Assembly: GCA_048128005.1 (NCBI GenBank) | Contig: JBEUKZ010000103.1 | Coordinates: 124,001 to 163,080 of the forward strand | Direction of reading: 5' to 3' | From: Veleropilina oligotropha | Lineage: Eukaryota | Length of the DNA stretch: 39,080 nt | Shown here: in pieces, positions 1 through 12,720 of the stretch | Layout: every line of letters begins with the position of its first letter | Numbering within the stretch: position 1 is the stretch's first letter | Made by a program: the position numbers and the translations under genes | The notes under the pieces: model-generated | Seen by the model: only the letters and a program-made list of their open reading frames with translations | Told to the model about the DNA's origin: nothing | Database searches by the model: none

Positions 1-457
1 GGGGGCACGCGCTCAGCTATGACACCACCGCCGGGGGGCATGCGCTCAGCCATGACACCACCGCCGGGGGGCATGCGCTCAGCCATGACACCACCGCCGG
101 GGGGCACGCGCTCAGCCATGACACCACCGCCGGGGGCACGTGCTCAGCCATGACACCACCGCCGGGGGGCACGCGCTCAGCCATGACACCACCGCCGGGG
201 GGCACGCGCTCAGCCATGACACCACCGCCGGGGGGCACGCGCTCAGCCATGACACCACCGCCGGGGGCACGTGCTCAGCCATGACACCACCGCCGGGGGG
301 CACGCGCTCAGCCATGACACCACCGCCGGGGGCACGTGCTCAGCCATGACACCACCGCCGGGGGGCACGCGCTCAGCCATGACACCACCGCCGGGGGGCA
401 CGCGCTCAGCCATGACACCACCGCCGGGGGGCACGCTCTTAGCCATGACACCACCGC
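1..457. repeat. GC-rich minisatellite, ~33-bp unit (GGGGGCACGCGCTCAGCCATGACACCACCGCCG), ~14 copies, begins before the window
   Basis: Directly visible tandem array. The G-run length varies (32- or 33-bp units), which frameshifts the repeat ORFs on both strands. Confidence 0.95.
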
Positions 458-1075
458 TATGACCTGTGTAGGCAGGTAACTATATGAAATCGTTTTGGAT
501 ATGAAATCTACAGTCGGACAGAATATTATATTAAATCTTTTTGGATTTAAAATCTACAGCCATAAAGATTTTTATGTCTGGTTTTGGCTCCCCTTGAAGT
601 GTTTTTATTGGTCCCTGGCATATAAATGATGTTATCTTTGTAATCTGAACCTTTTAAGTAATAGATTACACACTGCGACACGAGCGCTTTATACACGCCA
701 AAAAATAGCGAGGCTTGTTATGTCATTATGTATATCGCCGAGGGGTGTCAGTGTATTGTATGTCATACACACCATGAAAATCTATTGTGAATTTCAAGCT
801 GTAACCCCTTAAAACATGAAATTTCCCACAATTTTGCCTTCTACTCTTCCATTAGAAATTTGTCAAATCATTTGTGGCCATCGAACCGAGTTAACATTCC
901 GAGTTAACCCATTGTTTTGGTTGTTAACTGGAACAATGGAGTAATTGACTCGACGAAACCTGTTGTTCAAATATCGAGCTCGTGGTGTGTATGAAAAGTG
1001 AATTGTTACCATAACAACAACGTCATTACTTTTAGATTCCACATCGTATTATAGTTGTATTGAATATATTTATAG

Positions 1076-1163
1076 ACTGTTGAAGATGATGTTTCTTTTT
1101 CCAAATCTCTGTCTTACCTACTGCGTCATGGAGCAGCAAAGCAGAAATTTGAATTATTAAAAG
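1076..1163 (+). CDS. TRPT1: TRPT1 coding exon (SKSLSYLLRHGA motif)
   Basis: tatag acceptor at 1074-1075, gtaac donor at 1164; carries the catalytic Arg-His pair. Confidence 0.9.
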
Positions 1164-4100
1164 GTAACACATTTAAGGGAAGTCAATGGTAAAAATCTAA
1201 TTATTCCTTGCAACTAAAGCTGGACTAGGCATAAAACAATTGGAATGTTGATTCATCAGTCATTAACACTTGCCATCAACCTGCCAACAATTTATTGGTA
1301 TATATATCCCAGGGACCGACCCCATTTGAGAAGAAATGTGGGGTCATCTATCAAATCCATTGCGACCTGTTCCCAGATTACATCTACAATGAAGGGGGCT
1401 GCATGTCCGAATGGCTACGATGCTGCATGGTCTACTAACGGGATCGCTGCCTCCATTGCACACAGCACCACTTTATTGGCTCGCATGCAAAACATATGCG
1501 AGTCTGTATAATGAGCATGTCGTCCATCCATTCTTCCGTCCAGCCGACCGGCGTCAACAATTGGTTCTCAGGTTAAAGTTTTTGGTTAAAGTTTCTCAAT
1601 CATGCTATATAAGCAACAATATGCATGTTTTAACATTTCTTTATGTTAGATATCACTATTTAATCGTTACATCATAGTAAATAAATAATATTGAAGGTTA
1701 TTTGAAATTTTCCTTCAAATTTCACCATAAAATACTGTTTTGGGACACGACAGTTGATGTGTACATGCATCTTAACTCAAAGGTGTGTCGCGTACCAAAA
1801 ATAGGTCACCACGACCTACTATTCACCCTTACCTGCATTTGGTCCAAAATTCCTTTCCACTCCATATCTCTCATGATATTTGACCTAGGGTCACGAAACT
1901 TGATGTGGATGCGTCATAACCCAAAGGTGTGTCGTATACCAAAATTAGGTCCAGTTACTTTCCACGCTTGACCGCATTCGGTCCAAAATTCCCTTCCGCT
2001 CGATATCTCCCATACTATTTTACCAAGGGAAACGAAACTTGATGTGTGCATGCTTCATATCCCAAAGGTGTGTCGTGTACCAAAAGTAGGTCACTGCAAC
2101 AACCTGTTCCTGGGTCGTGCTTTTGTGGGGGCATATGATCACTTCTGTGATAAGTCTAGTTTAATTCAAATTTCACCATAAAATGCTATATATGCAGCAA
2201 ATAGGCATACTTTGGCATCTTCCTTTGTCAGATATCACTATTTCATTGTCATCTAACCCTAGAGTAGAAATGTTGCAAGCAATACTATTGAATGTAGAAC
2301 AATACTCATGAAATATAAGTGATTGATGCACAGTTCCACGCATGCGAGCCATTTCGAGCTTTAGCTCTTGTTTCCTCATTGAAAGATGATTGACCCAATT
2401 TATTATTGAAATACTGTTGTCGTGGTCGTTAAACATCAGGTCATCATCATCATCACTACTCTCAACCTGCTGAGCAGATTTCAACGACACTTGGCATGCC
2501 ACATATCTGATCACTACATAGAGTAGTTGTGCACCTGCGACAAGTTTTACCTTTACCTTTTATCTTGATGTAGTGACCTTTGACCCCAAACTTTGTCCGT
2601 ACCACTCCATTTAACCTGCTGAGCATATTCCATTGCAGGGAATGGTAGTATTAGTTATCCTCTGGATAGCATTTCTAGTTCAGACTGAAAGTTGTCAAAA
2701 GTGGTCGTAAAACAAAGTTGCCAAACGATCCAATTAAGATGCGTGTCAAAAATATTTATATTATTCCATTTTCAAACTGAGCTATTAAAATGCTTCAATC
2801 AGATGATCAGGTTACTGTGGTGCAAAGACAACATCTAACCTCAAATATTACATGTACTTCATGTTAGGATATTGCCTAATATAAATATGAATCTTTCATT
2901 CCAGGAGGATTTCTTTACGTCAATGATATACTATCACGTCAACAATTCCGTGGCTTTACGCTGGAGGATGTACAGAGAATTGTTGCTTCTAAGGACATGA
3001 AAAGGTTCCACATCGAATTCGATGAAGATGTCAATAAATGGAAAATTCGAGCCAACCATGGGCATACAATGAAGGTTTACCCGACTTGTAGCATTGATAC
3101 CGTTTCCGTGGCACATAATATATGCTGGTAAAATCAAGTCCAGACATTCATGGAAATAATTCCATATCCTCACCAGGGGCGTGTTGCTATCATTAAACCG
3201 TTAACGGTGATTATGTAGAGGCATAGCTTTTGACAAAGCAACATCATAAAGTCAAAATTGATTGATAACATGGCATCGTAACGAAAAAAATTGCAGTATA
3301 GTTTAAGGCGAATATATATTGAACGAACATGAGAGGAGAACATACAAAATCATGAAGAATTTTGTTGTATTTTGAGATATACATGTATCAGATTTGCCCA
3401 CTGTTCATTCTATTGTCAATTGTCCTCGATAGCTCAACTGGTTAGAGCATCGGAAAAAGGTTAAGTGGGACGGAAGGATGTGGATTCAAACCCTTGCTCT
3501 GGCATGGCTAATTATAATGCTTAAAACTAATGGAAGCCTTATCCCTAATGTATGTCGATCAGATCGGAGGGTGACCTTAAACCGGGTGTCTCAACCGCTA
3601 TAAGGCTTAATGATAAGCGTATAGTCAGCTAGCGTTGCCCTGTATGCGCATTGGAAGTCATTGTTGATTGTAAATGTAGCGCAATGATATTTCGCTTCCA
3701 ATCGCTACGTAACCGTTACGTCATAGCATGACGTTGCGTTGGTAAATAGAAAACCAGTTTCAAACGGTTTAATGAAAGCAACGTTTGTAATTTGCAGACT
3801 TCTTTGAAATACACTAATATCCCATTGTGCGATAATTAGTCATACACCAGGAACAATGGCTCCAAGTCACGTGACATCGCATCTTAAAGAAAATGATCTT
3901 CTTTCTTTTCAGGTGGAGGATTTAGCATTGACTCCAATATTTGATGCCAAAGATTATCCCACTGTTGTGCATGGAACGTACCTTAAATCTTGGAATATAA
4001 TCAGAAAAACTGTAAGCCAAAAAGTAATCTCTAATACAGTGGAACCCACTTATTTGCATAGCCCGATGGTCGCTCAAATTTATTTGTATAAACGGTTTAT

Positions 4101-4859
4101 GCATACTGTATAAGCGATTTCGCATCGATCGTTAAATGATGTTAAATAAGCTGTTCCATTGTATAATGTAGAGTGAAAATGAAGATGATACTACTAATTA
4201 TTTGCAAAGAATAATTTTTGCAAAATATTTTGTTTTCCATTAATACATTGCATACACAATACGTTATGTTTATTCTGACCTCAAGGTGACTAGTCTGTTA
4301 ACTTTAAGTAGAATTGATGTGGTTTTCGAAAGCATATTTTCACATTTGATACAAATAGTCAGCTGTAGAAATGCATATTTCAGTTCATTGTAACCTGTTG
4401 ATCGCTAAACACGTTTGTTGTTTAAAATTCTGCTTTACTCTCGAATAAAAATCTACAGTATCATTTAATTATATGTCATGAGATATATAATTCATATATG
4501 TATGTATTATATGAAATAACAAGAACGATGGGTTCGGAATATGTCTTGACCTTTTCTTTATTTCCGTCAAATTTTCATAACAGTTATAACGTTACAATGG
4601 CTTTACCACCCCGTCGATTGTGACGTCACCGAATGACGATTAATATAAAGTGTCATCGTAATGACGTCATTGTTATTTGCTTGAAATATTTGACATACGT
4701 TATATAGGAAATCTGCATAAAAGTGCTTAATAAATGCATATTTTTGCAAAATTGTGTCACGAAAGTTATATACACGAACTACAAATACTCTTGAGAATGG
4801 GTATACCAATTTTGGTGAAGATTGAGCTGGTAGTTTTCAAATAAATCGACGGATATATA

Positions 4860-4895
<36 letters not shown>

Positions 4896-7800
4896 CATAT
4901 ACACACGGACCATTTGATAATGTCTTGTCCTTTTTTACAAAAAGGTCAAGAAATAAAAAAGCATGTAAAAAGCCGAAGTCTTGTACAGGGCTCGAAATTG
5001 GAATTTAAATTCACTGGACCCGAGGGCCAGTAGCTCAGCAGATTCACTGGACCTCCAAAATTTTTACTGGCTCTCATTAAATGAATAAAAAAAACACTGA
5101 AACTTTCAAGAATTACTTCCCTTGTTTATGCAAGTGCCAACGTATCACTATCGTATCATACGCAAACGCCAAATCTACCATTATAATTTTATAAACACCA
5201 AATTTTATTTAAATATATATATTCCTTTTTATATTGTCATACTTTGTAACGCATAACTTAATAACTTAAAAATATCACGTCAAAGCGACATGAGACTAAA
5301 ACAAAAGTGTTGAACTTGTAGAGTTCGAAGACAATTATCTCCCCTGAATATTGCGCCGACGATATCGTTTATATCGCGCCAAATACCGATTTTATTTCAA
5401 TGAACATTGAGGCATTTTTATTTAACCGCAATTAATAGTCATGTTTCTAATGTGTGTAATACTATTATTTGCTGCTCGCGTCTTTTCTGGTTAGGAGTTG
5501 ACATATCATTTGGATCTTACTTTAAAACGAGACTACACTTCCTTATGTGACGAACATTTTAAAAACACGAACTGTGGAACTAGATTGCTACACGTGACAA
5601 GGACTGGTTTCATGTAATGTTTGCACCTTAATATGCATGCTGCAAACGCAAATGAAATCGAGAACCAGTCCCAAGCGACTTCTCGCGATATTTCTGTAAC
5701 TTTTACGCATGTTTACGTTTAATGGCTGTCGCGCACGAAGGGTGGCGAACGGGCGAGAAGAACATGATTTGACAGCAATAAAACTGGGTCGGTCAATGAT
5801 ATTAACAGAGTGGGTAAATATTTACCGGACCAGAGGGCCGGCACCAGTGATGAATTACCGGACCTCCGCAAAATTTAATGGCAAAAGCCAGAGTTCCGGC
5901 CCCAATTTCGAGCCCTGCTTGTACCAAACTAAATTAATAAATAAATCATCACGATGAAGCGAAAATATAATCAGGGGAGATAATAGGCCTATTTCACATT
6001 TTGTGCACCTGAACACGCAAGCTTCGTGATGACTTTTTAACCAAGTCTGCACTTATTTTATTGTAAAACCTGACATAATCTTAGTAAATAATAACAAACA
6101 CAGCATGTCTTAATCATATGTGACATTTGAGTAGGGATTATTTTCTGTCAACTGGTAGCTATAGGCCTACTGGCGATCTGATCAAATTTATTTATTTATT
6201 ATTTATTTATTTAATAAGCAACCAACGGACATAAAATCCAGTTACAGGTTACATAAAACACAAAGACATTAAGAGATAAAAATAATAGGTAAACATAAGT
6301 AAAAGTACAAGACATTGACTAGAGGAGATACAAAGAGATAACAATATTATAAAATTATCTAAGAAATCTTGAGACACGTCTTTTAAAAGTGACAGTAGAA
6401 CCGAAAATATCGACGTCATTTTTTGCAGAAAACATTAAAATCTCTTAAAACCCTAGGCATAAAAGAAAATTTCCTAACATTAATTCGGCTAAAAGGTGGT
6501 AAAAACAACAGAGTTTCTGAGACGCCTTGAGGGTGCATATAACGGTATTTGATTTAAGAGGTGTGAGCATTGAAATCTAAAATTCAGTATACTTTGAAGC
6601 ATTGAGAAGTCTAAGAATAAACGTCTATTTCTAAGAGTATGTAAGTTAAATATTGAACATTTATCAGAATAAGAATATTGGGAATAGTCAACATTTGTTT
6701 TAAAGCACATGTAATTTAAAAAAGACTTTTGAACACGTTCAATCTTATCTATGTTACATTTTGTATGCGGGGACCAAACAGGAGAACAATATTCTAGTTG
6801 ACTTCTAACAAGAGAGTTGTATAGATTTAAAATTGCGTCTTTTGATTTAAAAGAGTTACATGAGCGTTTAATAAAGCCAGACATTTTAGAAGCTTTTGCA
6901 CATATATGATCAATATATATGACAATAGCCGCGTTAATTGTTATAGGTGTTGATGCTGTCTTATTTATATGTAAATTATCGTCATACAAAGTACGCCGTT
7001 CGCAAGAATAAGGAAAACGACTTTGTTGAATGATCACAGTGATTTGAAAGTGAAATCTTTGATTTGGTGTTCAAGTAAATGCCAACAATCTGACAGTCAT
7101 AAACTGACAATTGATTTATAATCGTGTGTGAATTCGCTAATTAATAATTAAGAAATGAGATGTCATCGGTGATCGTTTATATATCTGGAACAATGAAATT
7201 AGCTCGAGACAAACATCCTATTTCATGTCGACGCTGACATGGACACCTGTTCACCTTAAATTATCTCCCTTGATTTGTGAACTGAAAAGTAATTTCAACC
7301 GCATGTTTTCACAATAAAATGGACAAAGTTATTAATTCAGGAAACTATAGTAACAACAACCAACATATCGCTATAAATTTTATTTGTCTACACTTCTTAA
7401 AATTTATATAATCACATACTGTAATATTTACGTGAAGGACGATTTCAACAATGGCATCCGACATCCCAAGTATTGCTTTGATTCGACGAACATCGCTTAA
7501 TTCCGTAAATAACCGATGTTTGCCGAAATTTTCCATAAGGAGCAATTGTATTGAAACACGAGGTTGCAAACACGCGTAAACTTTGACAGCTAGTTTGCGT
7601 TTATTATACATCTTTACCATGACGTAGCAAAGTATAGAGGCAATTACCGGTATGTAACTATTTGGCGCAATTTAACGGATTTATGAGAAATTATTTAGTG
7701 TTTTTTAAATTATGCAAATAAGCGGTAATCGAATAATTATCCATGCGATTAACCGAATATTTGCATATGATAATAATAATAAAATGTTCTGTTCCCAGAT

Positions 7801-10800
7801 ATTATATGCAAATAACCGTATTATGCAATTATTAAATATGCAATTAAGTGGGTTCCGCTGTATTATAATAAGAATATGATAAGGATGCAATGCATGTGTA
7901 CAATGAGTGGCCTCGGCTACAAGATATCAAATTTTGTGTTGGTTATGCAGTAGGTCATCAGGCGTTTTGTTGTAATATTCTTGTGATATACATCTTGTAT
8001 ATGACCAAATCATTTCTTAAAGCTTTCAAAATTCCAGGTTATTTTGCTTTTCGCATACTCGTTAAGTTGCAGCTGGAGTGGCGTTATTCATCTGCCCAGT
8101 GATAGTTAATTAGCGTTAAGTACTAAGATTTAAAAAAATGAAATATGTAATCTTATCCTGCAGCATCTCATTTGATACAGACTTTTATCCTTTGAGTTAT
8201 AAAATAACTTTATTTCTTGTAGTAACGTGATTAATTAATTGTAGAATCTCCATAATTACCACACTGAGAAATGTCATGTAATATAAATTTTCTTACCATC
8301 TTTAATACTGAATTTTAGTTGTTGTTTTGACTACACATTTAACGGTCTTGATCATATAATAATCTTGATGTTTGCTGTATTTGTAGGGTCTGAAGACTAT
8401 GGGCCGGAACCATATACAATTCGCCCCCGGAGCCCCAGGGGAGTCGGGAGTAATCAGCGGTATGGCATTGTTTATCTGGCCGCGGCAATAGTATAGTCTA
8501 ATATTTCCAATTCAATTTAATTGTATCACTGGATGATAGTCTGGGATACCATGCTCTGTCTCCATTTAACCACATCCGTAGAGATTTCTTATATGTGCAC
8601 TACAGTCAAAAAGTATAATCCGATGTGCTTCGAATTTGACCTAATGACCGTTGACCCCGAAATCGTGTCCGGGTTGGTTCTCGGAGATGTCAAATCGTAT
8701 CCTTCTAATTTCTTTGTAGATGTATGGCCCACACTTCAAGCATGTGCAGGGCGCTAAAATTTTGCACTTTTGAACTTTGACCTTGGCACTGTGACCTTGA
8801 TGAAAAAATTCCTTATTGGGGCATTTTTTTCCTGAGGGTGAGTACATTATATAACAATGTTCAATATTGTTGTTCGGTCAAAGGTCAAGGTCACAGAGGT
8901 CAAAATGTACTTTCCTGACACACACCTTGTCCGGGCTAGATCTAAGGTCCTATACATGCCAGCATGATTTCCGTTGGTATGTTATACCACCCTATCATGC
9001 CATTGTGCTTTTTGGCAAAATTTTGGGTAGTCTTTCAATTTTGTTGTATCACCGGATGATAGTCAGGGATACCATGCTCTGTCTCCATTTAACCACATCC
9101 GCAGAGATTTCTTATATCTGCTCTACAGTCAAAAGGTATGATCCGATGTGCTTCGAATTTGACCTAATGACCTTTGATGCCGAAATCTTGTCCGGCCTGG
9201 TTCTCGGATATGTCAAATCTTATCCTTCTAATTTCTTTGTAGATGCATGGCCCACACTTCAAGCATGTGCAGAGCACTAAAATTTTGACCTGTGACCGAA
9301 TTTTTTTCGATATTTGGCCATTTTTATGCCCCCTAAACGAAGTTTGGGGGCATATAGTGTTGCACACATCCGGGCGTCCATCCGTCCGAACTTCGTTTCC
9401 GGACTATAACTTTAGAATGCCTTCATGGATGTCAATGCAATTTGGTATGCAAGTGGATGATCATAATAGCTAAGTGAAGATCGATTACGGTAAAATTCCG
9501 AGTTTCCATAGAGGAGTTATGCCCCTTGATTCACTTTGAAACATTTTTTCATTTCCGGGCTGTAACTTCAGAATGCCTTCATGGATTTGCATTAAATTTG
9601 GTATTCACGTGTATGATCATAATACCGAAGTGAAGTTCGATTTCGGTAACATTCCGAATATCCATAAAGGAGTTATGCCCCTTGATTCACTGGGAAACAT
9701 TTTTTCCTTTCCTGGCGGTAACTTGAGAATGCCTTTATGGATTTACATTAAATTTGGTATTCACGTGTATGATCATAATACCTAAGTGAAGGTCGATTTC
9801 GGTAACATTCCGAATTTCCATAAAGGAGTTAAGCCCCTTGATTTACTAGGAAACATTTTTTCATTTCCGGGCGGTAACTTGAGAATGCCTTCAAGGATTT
9901 ACATAAAATTTGGTATTCACGTGTATGATTGTAATGGCTAAGTGTAGTTCGATTTCGGTAAAATTCCCATGTTCCATAAGGGAGTTATGTCCCTTGATTC
10001 ACTTGGAAACATTTTTTCATGAATTTACATTAAATTTCGTATTCACGTGTATGATCGTAATGGCTAAGTGCAGGTCGATTTCGGTAAAATTCCCATGTTC
10101 CATATGGGAGTTATGCCCCTTGATTCACTTGGAAACAATTTTTCATTTCCTGGCAGTAACTTCAGAATGCCTTCATGGTTTTAAATTAAATTTTATATTC
10201 ACGTGTATGATCATAATAGCTAAGTGGAGTTCGATTTCCGTGAAATTCCGCCTTCACATAAAGGAATTATGTCCCTTCATCAACATGCAATTTTTTCCCC
10301 ATTTCCGGCCCATAACTTGATAATGCCTTCATGGATATAAATTAAATTTGGTATACACGTGTAATATCATTGGAAAAATTTTTTATGCCCGGTCCACTGC
10401 ATGGAGAGCATTTATTGTTACACAGTCATATTTGTCCCTCGAATGAATGCTTTAGATTCTGCGCTATATTAATGCATTCATGGATTCAAATTAAATTAAT
10501 TTGATAAACACATGTATATCAGAATATCTAAGTGGAGTTTCATTTCTATAAATTCCCAACTTCATTTAGGAGACATACGACATTAATTATTAATTTAATT
10601 TTGTTTTCAATTCTGGACGATAACTTCTGAATACATTCATGGAATGAAACTATATTTGGAATATAGGTGTATACTTATTCATACATTGTTAAATGCGTAA
10701 ATGCAATGTTAAGAGAGTTATGGCTGTTTACTTCGAATTTTTTTCATTCCTGGGCAGTTGTTTCAGCAGGGGCATTCGTGTCACTCCGACATATGTAGTT

Positions 10801-11810
10801 ATATTTTGTTTTCTTAATTTTTTTGCATCAAATTTATCCCTGAGGGCGAGTACATTTGATAACAATGTTCAATTTTGTTGTTTGGTCAATGGTCAAGATC
10901 ACAGAGGTCAAATGTACTTTCCTGACACACTTTGTCCGGGCTAGATCTCAGGTCCTATACATACCAGCATGATTTCCTTTGGTGTGTTAAATCCTCCTGT
11001 CATGCCATTGTGCTTTTCGTCAATATTTTGCAAAAACCATCTTCGGCCTTGACCTAATGACCTTCGGCCCAAAATCGTGTCCGGCCTTGTTCTCAGACAT
11101 TTGCATAAATCCATCCATTTGGACAAATATATTTACACTCTTCATGACTTTCCAAACTTCATGAGGGTCTCGATATGGAGTGATTTCTCTTACATGGGGA
11201 GACATATGGTTTTCTTCACACAAAAACAACTCCTCTAGTTGTTCTTACTTTTCAGGAATGCTTAAATCATGTGACGTCCTAATCTTCCTCAATTTAGAGA
11301 AATCGTTGGAAGGTAAGGGTGCCATTATAAATTAAAATTTATTTATTATTTAATCAATATTCAACTGATTTATTGTAAATATTTAGAAATTCTCTCTCTT
11401 TCAATTAGTTAAACAAAATGCATGTATATTCAAATATTGTTGTTAATTGAAATACACACATTTTTCATGAAATAGAATTTGAGAAATAAATAAAGCAAAG
11501 ACTCTGTTTAACATGGGGGAGTTGAATTTATTCTCTGTAGCTTTAAAATTGTATTCGAAAGTTTGTAAGTATTCTTTCCCATAAGATATACTATATTGGA
11601 AGCAGCTGCTTCATGACACTGTTATAAATTGATGTTAATCTTGCAAACATTTGATATCTCTTACTGTATGTAATTCCGTGCTTATTGCTTTCTGTTTTGC
11701 AGCTGGTATTAAATTCTTCATATCTGCCAACAACGTCATCCTGAGTTCTGGAAATGACCATGGGATCATTCCTGCAGAGTATTTCCAAACAGTTGTTAAT
11801 CGCCAAACCG
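1076..11810 (+). CDS. TRPT1: tRNA 2'-phosphotransferase 1 (Tpt1/KptA family), spliced; join(1076..1163,2905..3074,3913..4011,8387..8459,11256..11312,11703..11810); start exon and final codons unresolved
   Basis: Six AG/GT-bounded exons with compatible phases translate continuously: TVEDDVSFSKSLSYLLRHGAAKQKFELLK-GGFLYVNDILSRQQFRGFTLEDVQRIVASKDMKRFHIEFDEDVNKWKIRANHGHTMK-VEDLALTPIFDAKDYPTVVHGTYLKSWNIIRKT-GLKTMGRNHIQFAPGAPGESGVIS-GMLKSCDVLIFLNLEKSLE-AGIKFFISANNVILSSGNDHGIIPAEYFQTVVNRQT. The Tpt1 motifs LRH, KxRF, IRANxGH, HGT and SxNxVIL appear in order. Confidence 0.93.
1770..2161 (+). mobile_element. 3' part of a Helentron/HINE-like element with internal tandem units
   Basis: Repeated CAAAGGTGTGTCG..TACCAAAA units; 3' end GGGGCAT, hairpin ATCAC-TTCT-GTGAT, then CTAGTT, the same 3' architecture as the other HINE-like copies here. 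Confidence 0.55.
2905..3074 (+). CDS. TRPT1: TRPT1 coding exon (KRF and IRANHGH motifs)
   Basis: ttccag acceptor, gtttac donor; phase 1 in, phase 0 out. Confidence 0.92.
3183..3782. mobile_element. MITE-like element with 20-bp inverted repeats, containing a tRNA-derived SINE head
   Basis: GTTGCTATCATTAAACCGTT (3183-3202) versus AACGGTTTAATGAAAGCAAC (3763-3782), one mismatch. Confidence 0.55.
3422..3610 (+). mobile_element. tRNA-derived SINE or tRNA-like pseudogene
   Basis: A-box-like TAGCTCAACTGGTTAGAGC and B-box-like GGATTCAAACCC; no coherent anticodon arm or acceptor stem. The 3' boundary is approximate. Confidence 0.55.
3913..4011 (+). CDS. TRPT1: TRPT1 coding exon (HGT motif)
   Basis: ttttcag acceptor, gtaagc donor; 33 codons VEDLALTPIFDAKDYPTVVHGTYLKSWNIIRKT. 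Confidence 0.92.
4517..4960 (-). mobile_element. DINE-1/HINE-like non-autonomous Helentron with (TATATG)n microsatellite
   Basis: Subterminal inverted repeat TCTTGACCTTTT / AAAAGGTCAAGA, 5' hairpin, microsatellite at ~4853-4900, T-rich flanks. Confidence 0.6.
4986..5917. mobile_element. Non-autonomous hAT-like TIR element
   Basis: 16-bp TIRs CAGGGCTCGAAATTGG / CCAATTTCGAGCCCTG; subterminal repeats T(C/T)AC(T/C)GGACC; CTTGTA duplicated on both flanks. Confidence 0.8.
6184..6915 (-). mobile_element. 5'-truncated L2/CR1-group LINE (C-terminal part of ORF2 plus tail)
   Basis: ORF 6489..7037 contains IDHICAKASKMSGFIKR...LYNSLVRSQLEYCSPVWSP...IERVQK, typical of the region after the RT domain in CR1/L2-group LINEs; (TAAA)n tail at 6184-6213 on the minus strand. 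Confidence 0.85.
8387..8459 (+). CDS. TRPT1: TRPT1 coding exon (GLxxMGRNHIxF motif)
   Basis: ttgtag acceptor, gtatgg donor. Confidence 0.9.
8510..11240 (+). mobile_element. HINE-like element with ~520-bp internal repeats, interrupted by a second HINE
   Basis: 8521-8760 is repeated at 9043-9285; 8810-9020 is repeated at 10835-11020; 3' end GGGGAGACATATGGTTTT..AAAAAC..CTAGTT. The 5' boundary is approximate. Confidence 0.55.
9321..10800 (+). mobile_element. Helentron/HINE-like element, copy 1, with ~156-bp internal tandem array
   Basis: TTTTATGCCCC 5' end with hairpin, (GTCC)n tract, tandem units, then GGGGCAT subterminal IR, GTGTCA-CTC-CGACAT hairpin and (C/G)TAGTT end. Confidence 0.8.
11256..11312 (+). 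CDS. TRPT1: TRPT1 coding exon (GMLKSCDVLIFLN)
   Basis: ttttcag acceptor, gtaagg donor; corresponds to the SGMRxxCxxxIFI segment of Tpt1 proteins. Confidence 0.88.
11703..11810 (+). CDS. TRPT1: TRPT1 coding exon (GIKFFISANNVILSSGN); either spliced at 11811 or read through to TGA at 11854
   Basis: ttttgcag acceptor; gtacgt donor candidate at 11811; the ORF also continues to a stop at 11854. Confidence 0.88.
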
Positions 11811-11899
11811 GTACGTTTAGAATGGAACTAACAGCTATGAAGTTATTGCAATGATCAAATTTGTCATGTACAAATCAGACTGCTCAAATAAATGGTTAA

Positions 11900-12720
11900 T
11901 AATATAAGTTGTTTTCCGATCACGAGGGGGACATCGGTGATTGTATTCCGCCTGACGTTGTACCCCGAAGCGCGTAGCGCTGAGGGGTACAACTTCAGGA
12001 AGGAATACAATCACCGATGTCACCCGAGTGATCGGAAGACAACGATTTTATCTTACTTTCAAATAAAATAAATGGTCTGAATATTGGCAGTATAGTTAAT
12101 ATGAACCAACCCGTCTCTATTTTCCGTCAAGACATAATGCAAACATATATGTGACGTCACGTTGTTTACACACTTGCATTTGGGAATAAATAAACAGTGT
12201 TTAATTAAACTTTTAATATTTAAATGACAAAATTAACAAGAAATATAACTTATGAACCCTAAATTAAAAAAAACAAAGATAAATTGTCACGATAAAATTG
12301 TCCCAGTATATCCGCTAGTCTTACTTGATCGAACTTTTCGAAATCCGTATGTAATTTTTTTTCCTGTAGATATTCTCTAAACAAAACTGCTGCACATGTG
12401 TTGGATTTCTTTATGTTCCTCGGAATAATGTTTTCTTTCTTCTTGGTTATACCCTATCTTCTTGTGTGTTATTGCCAAATCGATTAGATGCCATTTGTAA
12501 ACATACGCAGACGACAAATCTTAATTTTAGTCGGGCATGGTTATCTCCCCTATGTCATGCAATCTACCGAAAACGTCATTGAGATAAGCTTGAAAATCAC
12601 ACGGTGTACAATGCCGCCATTGTTTTCAGTTGTACACTGTCTAATCCCGTGCACATCGTGGATTGTCAACGGACAAACAACCAATGAAAATCGAGTATTT
12701 TAATAGAAAGTAAGATAATA
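11900..12720. mobile_element. Crypton-like non-autonomous element with a terminal ~135-bp palindrome
   Basis: Hairpin at 11908-12043 followed by TTATCTTACTTTC (12048-12060), which is inverted at the far end as GAAAGTAAGATAA (12706-12718). Confidence 0.6.

Noticed and set aside
1..480. 33-bp repeat as a CRISPR array or as a repetitive first coding exon of TRPT1 (CAG/GTAACT donor-like site at ~475)
   Set aside because: There are no unique spacers and the context is eukaryotic. Unit-length variation breaks the frames, and the only frame compatible with the 1076 exon contains TGA.
3422..3503. Functional tRNA gene
   Set aside because: A and B boxes are present, but there is no consistent cloverleaf or terminator; a SINE head explains it better.
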